Assembly: GCF_001194135.2 (NCBI RefSeq)
Contig: NC_069004.1
Coordinates: 8,331,942-8,395,941, forward strand
Direction: 5' to 3'
Source of the DNA: Octopus bimaculoides
Lineage: Eukaryota
DNA length: 64,000 nt
Shown here: one piece after another, positions 55,328-64,000 of the stretch
Layout: each line of letters begins with the position of its first letter
Position numbering within the stretch: position 1 is the first letter of the stretch
Position numbers and translations under genes: made by a program
The notes under the pieces: generated by a model
What the model was told of the DNA's origin: nothing
What the model saw: only the letters and a program-made list of their open reading frames with translations
The model's database searches: none

Positions 55328-56308
55328 TATTACAATAAATTTTTGAAGACTGATAGTTAGCCTCTTTCAAAAAATGTGTTTTTGGGATGTACAGTTTTCT
55401 ACAATTGCGGCATCTCTAAATAACTCCATCTCGCTACGGGTCATTCCTTTAAATTTTCTAGCCGGAATCAATATTTCCTTGAAAATAAAGAGGAGGTAGG
55501 CATTTCTCGATCTTCGAATTTTCCTGCCAATACGATATACTGAATGTATTAAGAATATGTAGTTACAAAAATTTTTAAGAGTTATGTGGCTTTAGCTCAG
55601 AACCAAGGTATGGTTTAAACGTGCTTCAGGACTAATTAAAAGAGATTTTATACAGCAAATTACTGGGGTTTATCCAGAGATTTTAAAAATGTACGTAAAA
55701 GATAATTTTGTTTACAGCATACTTTCGTGTTGATAATTGTTTTCCTGTATACACACACAGACAGACTGGCTTCGTGCAGATCAACTGAAAATGCATCGAA
55801 CCGCAAAATCTCAAACCTCAACATCTTCAATTTGTATTTTGAAATGCGCGAAAACAAAAAAATCATGCAAACTTTATAATGTCTGCATTTTAAAACCTTG
55901 ATTAAAAAACTTTTTGGTAATCGTTCAGTTAATGCACGGAAGAAAAAAGTGAAGGGACATAATAACTAAATACACCAACATCTGACATTTGGCTTCAACG
56001 CTCGTAAACTGAACAATTACCAAATTTCTTTTTGAAAGTTCAAATTTAGAATTTGTTGGGGGGAGGGAATTTAAATTACAATTTATTTATTTATTTCTCT
56101 TTTTTTTGCTTCATCGCACGAGATAGAGTTTGTAGAACACAAAATCGCAAAATTTTTCTGAAACTACCAAAAACTAAAAATGATACAAGTTACAAAATAC
56201 GCTTCGATCTAGAATCTGTAACAGGCCGACGGGTTAAAATAAGCGTTCTTTGATCAGAACTCCGTCGTTCACTTCAGTATAATTACCATATCAACCAAGT
56301 GAAACACA

Positions 56309-56535
56309 AATTCTATTATTTAAATACATTATTACAGCATTAAAATAAATGTTTATCAACTTACCGTTTTCAGGTGTAAACAGTGTTGTATGTTTTCACT
56401 AAAGTAAATATCTGACAGTTAGAATGAGATCCATCTACAACATTCCAGTTGCTCGTTGGGTCTCCAAGAATAAATTCCCAATTTATCACCACGAACAACT
56501 GAAGCTGATTTATAAGCCCATAGCCGTACTTTCGT
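56309..56535 (-). promoter_or_regulatory. Promoter/exon 1/donor module of gene I
   Basis: Donor 56360-56364; motif agccgtactttcgt 56522-56535. Confidence 0.7.
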
Positions 56536-57357
56536 ACTCAAATATTACAACTGCAATGTTAGCACAAAATGCGGTGCTGTCTGTTTCTAGTAGAGGTTTA
56601 ACTTTTCTTAAAACTAAAATATTGAAACCAGATATAATACATACGTTTTGAAAATATTTTCAAAAAAAAAATCGCTTTAATCTATGCAGCAGTAGAAACC
56701 ATGCCAAATCAGATTGGAACTTGGTGCAGCTTACCAGTTTCACTCGAACAATTCAACCCATGAGAGCATGGAAAGCAAAAGCTAAATAATAATGATGAAG
56801 ATGATGATGGTTTTAATGACTGCCAGCCTGACATATCATCAATTTCACATTGTACTGGACGTATTTTATTGTGGAACCAGAACTGAAGAAGTTGTCATGT
56901 CACTGACAACATTAGAGTGCTGATATCTCTGTTCATTTACCAACCACTTCACAAAGTGTATCTTTATACTTAGACAAGTCATTTATTGCATAGAATTTCT
57001 TTCCACAGATATAACTGTGATAGTTTTTCTTTACAATGAATATGCCTGAATTTACTTAAATCATTATTTTCAGAAAATGGTTTACCACAGAAATCACGTG
57101 TAGTTTTTTTTTGTGTGTGTAACAATGCATTTGTGAGTACTTAAAGCACTTCTTACAGAGAATAATGTATCACAGATATTATAACAATATGGTTTTTCTC
57201 CTGTCTGAATGCAATGATGCTTTCTTATAACAGTAATTTGTGAGAGATTAACCACAAATATCACACGTGATAGAGTATCTCTCCTGAACAAATAAATCTG
57301 AGAATTCTTCAATAACTGGTCTGAGAGAACGATTTGTAACAAATGTGAGTGGCACAA

Positions 57358-58293
57358 CTACTGTCCTGTATGAGTGTGTTTGTGTTTACTTAATTGAACT
57401 TTTACTGAGAATAACTTTCCACAAACGTTACAATGATATGACTTTTTGCCATTTTGAATACATTTGTGTGTATTTAAAACATGACCACTAGAGAAAGATT
57501 TAACACAAACATCACAGTGATATGGTTTTTTACCTGTGTGAACACGTTTGTGAACAGTTAATGTACTTCTGTTACTGAATGATTTACCACAGATTTTACA
57601 AGGATATGGTCTCTCTCCAGTATGAATGTGTTTGTGAGTACTTAAAGCATTTCCGTCAGAGAATGATTTACCACAGATATCACAGTGATATGGTTTCTCT
57701 CCTGTATGAATACGTATGTGAGAATTTAAGTGTACTTTTTGAAAGAATGATTTTCCACAGATATCACAGCGATATGACTTCTCTCCTGTATGAATATACT
57801 TATGTTTAGCTAAATTACCCCTTTCAGAGAATGACTCACCACAAATATTACACTGATATGGTTTCTCTCCTGTATGAATACGAATGTGACAAGTCAGGCT
57901 ATCACTTCGAGTGAAAGATTTACCACAGATATCACAGTGATATGGTTTTTCACCTGTATGAGTACGTTTGTGACTGTTTAGGTGACTTGTTACTGAGAAT
58001 GAATTACCANNNNNNNNNNGTTTGTGACTGTTTAGGTGACTTGTTACTGAGAATGAATTACCACAGATATTACAGGTATATGGCCTTTCTCCTGTATGTA
58101 AGCGTTTGTGAGTATGTAAGTGATCCATTCGAGAGAATGATTTACCACAGATATCACAGTTGTGTCGTTTCTCTTTTCTGTGAATACATTTATGGTTGGA
58201 AAGGCTACTCTCTAGAGAGAATGTCTTTTGACAGATATCACAGCGATATGATGATTTTCCCTCCTTCTTTGACAATTTTTCAGAAAAATCCAT
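57358..58293 (-). CDS. C2H2 zinc-finger protein, gene J (about 10-11 fingers; short N gap inside)
   Basis: ATG of MDFSEK at 58293; ends HTGQ-TAG; intron 58662-58993; the sequence flanking the gap near 58010-58018 is duplicated. Confidence 0.88.
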   Translation of the reverse strand: MDFSEKLSKKEGKSSYRCDICQKTFSLESSLSNHKCIHRKEKRHNCDICGKSFSRMDHLHTHKRLHTGERPYTCNICGNSFSVTSHLNSHKXXXXGNSFSVTSHLNSHKRTHTGEKPYHCDICGKSFTRSDSLTCHIRIHTGEKPYQCNICGESFSERGNLAKHKYIHTGEKSYRCDICGKSFFQKVHLNSHIRIHTGEKPYHCDICGKSFSDGNALSTHKHIHTGERPYPCKICGKSFSNRSTLTVHKRVHTGKKPYHCDVCVKSFSSGHVLNTHKCIQNGKKSYHCNVCGKLFSVKVQLSKHKHTHTGQ

Positions 58294-58938
58294 TCTTTTC
58301 TTTTCTTCTTCCACACAATAGTTATATTGATATTTTTCCTTCTATTTTTTCATTACTTGCACTGATGAAAAGCTATCTACTGCATTACTTCCATCAACTG
58401 TTATCCTTGTTGTTATTAGAAAGTGGTAGCAAACTACTGCTTCGTAAAACAGTCCAAATTCAATTAAAATACAAAATCCTCTCATACACCTCCCAGACAA
58501 TAAAGAAGTGTTACACTTAGAAGAACTAACTCTCAGGAACTCAAAAGAAAGATTCATAGAAGAAAAAAAAGTTGTAGCTCTTCGGTATAAAATCTTCTCT
58601 TTCTTTGTAAATGGTGAGAAATATTGACAATATATCTTTAATGTCAATCTCAACCGATATTCTGAAATGATAGGAAAACAGTGTAAGATATTGAAGATCG
58701 TGCGAGTGTTAACTGAAAAATTACCAAAATTTCACTTAAAATGTTTTTCATTCGCTTAATCGCACGAAGTCACAAATTTTTTTCTGAAAATACCGAAGAC
58801 TAAAAATGAGTAAATGTTATGACAAGCTACAAAGTGTGCTTCGATGCAGAATCAATAACTCGACGGGTTAAATGGTTCTTCGATTAGAACTGCGCTATTC
58901 ACTTCAATATAATCACCTTATCAGCCAAGTGAAACAAG

Positions 58939-59181
58939 ATTCTATTATTTACATACATTATTACAGCATTAAAACAGACGTTTATCAACTTACCGTTTTC
59001 AGATGTAAACAGTAAATCAGTGCGTTATATATCAAGGTAAATATCTGACGGTTAGAATGAAATTCTTTGATGTTTCACTTTAGAACTTTACCATCAAAAT
59101 TCAGCTTCCTACAGCAATAAAATCCTAACTTGTGACAATGAGCAAGTGAAGCTGACTTTACGTCTCCAGCCGAACTTTCGA
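58939..59181 (-). promoter_or_regulatory. Promoter/exon 1/donor module of gene J
   Basis: Donor 58989-58993; motif agccgaactttcga 59168-59181. Confidence 0.72.
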
Positions 59182-60288
59182 TCCCAAATATAACCTGAAT
59201 TGTAATGTCCCCTTGGAGATGTCAGTTACTAATGCGTTGCTGAAATGTTTCTAGCAAAAATTTAATTTTACTTAAAAATAAAATATTTAAACCAGATATA
59301 ATACATACGTTTTGTAAACATTTTCCAAAGAAAAATCTCTTTAATCTTTACAATATGAATAAAGCATATTATTCAAAGGCTGAAATGCAGATAATAAACC
59401 AGTGGGCAAGATTAGTTTCGATTTCATGAAATGATTACCATTTTCCATTGCCCCTACTTTCTAATGTTATTGTTAAACATACGGTAGGTGTTATTTTTCG
59501 ATAATAGATGTTCACCAACAAATGTTGCATAACCACTATTTTAAACCATTAATTAATTATTCCTTCTTTTGACACATACGCACACACAGGAATGAGGAAT
59601 TTTAACATGTTTCGTGGTCTGCTACCACAACAGCTCCTTTATAGGATCCAGTTAGCTCAAGACATCATAAGGAGGAACCACGTCCGGTTTCGGCCCCTAC
59701 TCCTCTACCGTTTTGACGTGGCGCCCCCCTCCCCTTTCGGAGGTGTCTTCAGCTCTGGTGTTGGGTGCATGTCTTCTTTCTTCTATTCCTTGGCCTCTTC
59801 CATGCAGCATCAACGAGTGTCAGCGTCCGACTGACTGTCTTGTCAAATTCCCCTATTTTATACCTGCTGCTAGGCTCCAGCAGGCTGCCCCAGCAACTTG
59901 TTACGTGACACTGTCAAAATTTCCCGCTACTAGGGTCCAGTAGGCAAAAAAAGGGGGAAATTTAGACAGGGGAAATTGTATAAAATTATATATAAAGTAA
60001 CAACTTCGGTTTGAGATGACTTCGTAAGCCTACTATCATAGTCTACAGTGTTCAGAACAACACATCCAAGTTAAGTTAGATATACTGATTGGTATATTCA
60101 TTTAAAGTAGATACCGTACACAGATGAAGAGAAAAACAAAAACAAAACTAAAGGAAAATATTAATCATAAATAAATTTATTTAATCTATTTAAAAATTGA
60201 TAGAACATGCATATACAAACATATATATATATACATACATATACACACATATCCACATATATATATATACATACACACATACCCATAG

Positions 60289-60441
60289 GATAGGAGCACT
60301 CCGTCGGTTACGACAACAAGGGTCCCAGCTGATACGATTAACGGAACAGCTTGCTCGTGAAATTAACGTGCAAGTGACTGAGTACTTCACAGACACGTGT
60401 ACCCTTAATGCAGTTCTCAGGGAGATTCAGCGTGACACAGA
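60289..60441 (-). mobile_element. 5'-truncated tRNA-derived SINE
   Basis: Matches the 3' body of 15946-16331. Confidence 0.8.
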
Positions 60442-61288
60442 TAATATACATTATCAAAGAATGTATATTTGTATTTTAATATTTTTGTGACAATCAGTCC
60501 TTAACACAACAAAGCTTATACAAAGCTTTATATTTTAAACATATTCTTATTATTATTATCAAAGAATGTATATATGTATGTTAATACTTTTGTGACAACC
60601 TGTACTTAACACTATAAAGCTTTATATTTTACTTTTGACAATCTTTTTTCTAAAAAAGTGAAACCGGTAAAGTGAATAAACATCTTTAAAATTGCAAAAG
60701 AGCAATTTACCAGAGATATCAGTGACATGATAATTCCCTTGTATAAGTTTGTGCATAATTATATCACTATCTTGGAAGAGAGATTTACCACAAATATCAC
60801 ACTGATAGGGTTCTTGTCCAGTATTGATGCATCTGTGAATAGTTAAATGAATTGTCTAAGAGAATAATGTACCAAAACATCCAGTAATATAACTTCTCTC
60901 CTGTGAAAGTGTATTTGTGTTAAATAAGACCTTTCATAGTCATTCACCACAGACATTACAGTGATATGTTTCTCAACCATATGAAAAAGTATGAGCTTAA
61001 TTAGGCCAGAATAATTTACCATTCATACTACAGACTGGAGCCCGGGGCAGCCCTAGTCAAACCAGCTTGCCTATGCTAGCATGGAAAAAAGAACTCTAGA
61101 TGATGATGATAACATTATAGGGCTTCTGATCTGCATGAATACATTTCTCGCCAGTCAATATACTTCCATCAATGAAAGAAATTTTCACAGATATTGTAAT
61201 CATATAATTTTCTTTTGTATGAATGCATCTCATCTGTATCAATAGATGACTTGTTCCATTGAACGATTTATCAAAGATATCAGTGATA

Positions 61289-62347
61289 TCATTTCTTATC
61301 CTTATGATTCTGTTTATGAGCAGTTAATAACCTTCTACTTGTGAATAATCTACCACAGTGATTGCAGTAAAATGGTTTCTCTCCTGTATGAATGTGTCCT
61401 TTATGCACCACTAACTGACTTCTTCGACCAAATGATAAACCACAGATATCACAGTGATATGGTTTTTCCCCTGTATGTGTACGTCTGTGAACAGTTAGTG
61501 GACCTCCATCAATAAATGATTTACCACAGATATCACAATGATATGGCTTCTCACATGTATGAATGCGTCTCGTGTGTAATGTTAACTGACCTGTTTGAGA
61601 GAATGATTCACCACAGATATCGCAGTCATATGGCTTTTCTCCTGTGTGAATACGTTTATGTTTAGTTAATCTACTAGCAATACTGAATGATTTACCACAA
61701 ATATCACAAGGATATAGCTTTTCTTCTGTGTGAATACGTTTGTGTTTAGATACTTTATCAGTTTCAGTGAATGATTTACCACAGATATCACAGTGATATG
61801 GTTTCTCTCCTGTATGAATACGTATGTGAGAATTTAAATGTACTTTTTGAAAGAATGATTTTCCACAGATATCACAGCGATATGACCTCTCTCCTGTATG
61901 AATAAACTTGTGTTTAGCTAAATTACCTCTTTCAGAGAATGACTCACCACAAATATTACACTGATATGGTTTCTCTCCTGTATGAATACGAACATGGCAA
62001 GTTAGTCTATCACTTCGGGCGAATGATTTACCACAGATATCACAGTGATATGGTTTTTCACCTGTATGAGTACGTTTGTGACTGTTTAGGTGACTTGTTA
62101 CAGAGAATGATTTACCACAGATATTACAGGTATATGGCCTTTCTCCTGTATGTAAGCGTTTGTGAGTAATTAAGTGATCCATTCGAGAGAGAGTTTTACC
62201 ACAGATACCACAGTTGTATCGTTTCTCTTTTCTGTGAATACATTTATGTTTGGAAAGGCTACTCTCTAGAGAGAATGTCTTTTGACAGATCTCACAGCGA
62301 TATGATGATTTTCCCTCCTCCTTTGGCAGTTCCTCAGAAAAATCCAT
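61289..62347 (-). CDS. C2H2 zinc-finger protein, gene K (352 aa, 12 fingers)
   Basis: ATG of [10 protein letters not shown] at 62347; acceptor 62693; exon 1 lies beyond the window. Confidence 0.93.
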   Translation of the reverse strand: MDFSEELPKEEGKSSYRCEICQKTFSLESSLSKHKCIHRKEKRYNCGICGKTLSRMDHLITHKRLHTGERPYTCNICGKSFSVTSHLNSHKRTHTGEKPYHCDICGKSFARSDRLTCHVRIHTGEKPYQCNICGESFSERGNLAKHKFIHTGERSYRCDICGKSFFQKVHLNSHIRIHTGEKPYHCDICGKSFTETDKVSKHKRIHTEEKLYPCDICGKSFSIASRLTKHKRIHTGEKPYDCDICGESFSQTGQLTLHTRRIHTCEKPYHCDICGKSFIDGGPLTVHRRTHTGEKPYHCDICGLSFGRRSQLVVHKGHIHTGEKPFYCNHCGRLFTSRRLLTAHKQNHKDKK

Positions 62348-62725
62348 TCTTTTCTTTTTTTCTTCCACACAATAGTTATATTGATATTTTTCCTCCTATT
62401 TATTTATGTCAACGCTTTCTACTGCATTACCTCCCTCAACTGTTATCTTTGTTGTTATCAGTAAATGGTAGCAAACTACTAATTTGTAAAATAGTCCAAA
62501 TTCAATTAGAATACAAAATGCTTTCATACACCTCCCAGACAATGGGGAGAAATGTTTCACTTGAAAGAATTGTCAGGAACTAAAAAGATACATTCATAGA
62601 AGTTGTAGTGCTTCAGTGTAAAATCTTTCCTTTCTTTGTAAATGGTGAGAAATATTGATGTTATATCTTTGACGCCAATCTGATCTGTTATTCTGAAATG
62701 ATAGGAAAACAGTGTAAGATATTAA

Positions 62726-62942
62726 CCCTTTAGCATTCAGATTAATTTGTCAAAAGTAATCCTTATTTATTCACATTTTAAAAATTTATCTGATATTATT
62801 TTGTAGCTTCAAGATAGGAAAGATGTAATTGCTTATTTTGAATGACATTGCAGGGTAGGTGTGAGATGCTGGTTCTGGCCAGTTCAAGCATAAAATGTGT
62901 AGAATATTTGGGCCGGATACAGCCGGTTTAAACACTAAAGGG
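62726..62942. mobile_element. piggyBac-type MITE (TTAA TSD, CCCTTTAG ends)
   Basis: ttaa|ccctttagc ... actaaaggg|ttaa; inserted about 30 bp from the gene K acceptor. Confidence 0.85.
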
Positions 62943-63069
62943 TTAAACATTATTAATAAGTAGGGCTTTGACAGTGAAATTTTACGTTAATTCCATATTG
63001 AATAACCCTGGTTCATTTACTTTAAAAACTGCTTCTTCATCTGTTATTTAAATTATGTATACGGACAGC

Positions 63070-63280
63070 AATTCTACATGGTAGTGAAATGTAGGCCTTG
63101 AATGCAGAGGACTTGTGAAGATTAAAGAGGAATGAGGCTAGGATGCTCTGCTGGATGTGTAATGTAAGTGTATATGTTCATCAGAATGCTAGTGTATTGA
63201 GAAAGAAGTTAGGCATCAGAGGAATTAGGTGCAGTGTGCAAGAGAGAAGACTGCACTAGTTTGGTCATGTGATGCGCAAA
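63070..63280 (+). mobile_element. RTE LINE ORF C-terminal fragment
   Basis: LHGSEM*ALNAEDL*RLKRNEARMLCWMCNV...QERRLH*FGHVMR resembles RTE LYGSETW/RLRWFGHV motifs. Confidence 0.75.
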
Positions 63281-63304
63281 TGGGGGTGGGGAGAGGACAG
63301 TTGA

Positions 63305-63845
63305 AAAATTCACAAGATCCGATTTTTCCCTAATAGCTTTCAGGAAAAAATATATATATATTAATTAAATTTTATAGAAATACCGTTCAAATGACACAAA
63401 TTACGATTATATAGAAATTCCTGGGGGAGAAATGTTTGCCGAAAGGGTTAGGGAGAGGATTTCAGAAAACTCACACGATCCGTTTTTTTCCCCCACCTCA
63501 TAACTTTCAGGAAAATGGATATCCTCAGATGAAATTTTACAGAAACACCTTTTAAACAGCATAGATGATGATTATAAAGAAATTTGTGGGGGGGGGGGAA
63601 TGCTTTCCGAAAGGGTGGGGAGAGGACTGTCGGAAAGTACACACGATTCGCTTTTTTCCCTGATAACTTTCAGAATCTAGTTTAGTGCCCGGTCACTAAA
63701 ACTAAAAATGACCAGTCTAATAAGAGTTTAAAAAAAAAAACGTAGAAAGAGAATATGAAAACAAAAATGTGCGCAAACTAACGGGAAGGGGGAACTTTCG
63801 GAAAATTTACACGATCCGATCTTTTCCCTCATAACTTTCAGGTTT
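63305..63845. repeat. Degenerate ~165-bp periodic repeat
   Basis: cac(a)cgatcc(g)tttttt(t)ccc...ataactttcag at about 63310, 63472, 63640 and 63810; related units near 36840, 41790 and 43290. Confidence 0.55.
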
Positions 63846-64000
63846 TTTATGTTTTTTTTTTTACCGGGATTTATTCTGTACATTGACCGAAATTTGTGGG
63901 GAAAACTTGGTTCATGACCTTTATAAACATTAACCAACAAGTTTATTAAAATATATTTCTTAGGACTTACTTTTTTTAACACGCATCCAAGTATTAATTC

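Noticed and set aside
57960-58065. Apparent duplicated half-finger [14 protein letters not shown] in gene J
   Set aside because: An identical ~45 bp flanks a ~10-N gap, a typical scaffolding overlap. The same pattern occurs at 9993-10088 and 33670-34230. A real extra finger cannot be excluded without long reads.

Overview
This is AT-rich eukaryotic genomic DNA from a gapped draft assembly. The tRNA-derived and CORE-like SINEs, RTE-LINE tails and zinc-finger codon style point to an octopus (coleoid cephalopod) genome; this is inference, no search was run. The window holds a head-to-tail, all-minus-strand tandem cluster of 11 C2H2 zinc-finger genes, labelled A-K left to right (10-33 fingers each, single coding exon, no recognisable KRAB/ZAD/BTB domain), plus the promoter/first exon of a 12th gene off the left edge. 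The units share one architecture: promoter motif (minus TCGAAAGTGCGGCT), short non-coding exon 1 ending CTGAAAACG|GTAAG, a transposon-filled intron, a conserved acceptor TCATTTCAG, a 5' UTR with a positionally conserved uATG, an N-terminal MDFxEELPKE peptide, the finger array, and a 3' region of decayed fingers. Spacers carry SINEs, RTE fragments, decayed Tc1/mariner copies, Gypsy gag relics, a Helitron and many MITEs. Expanded octopus ZNF clusters are already known, so the system itself is not new. The most interesting observations are an invariant two-finger core in 11/11 paralogues, mutually incompatible finger-by-finger ancestry among D/E/F/G, an intact but apparently promoterless copy (D), a shared premature stop hiding two intact fingers (E/F), and a conserved upstream AUG.
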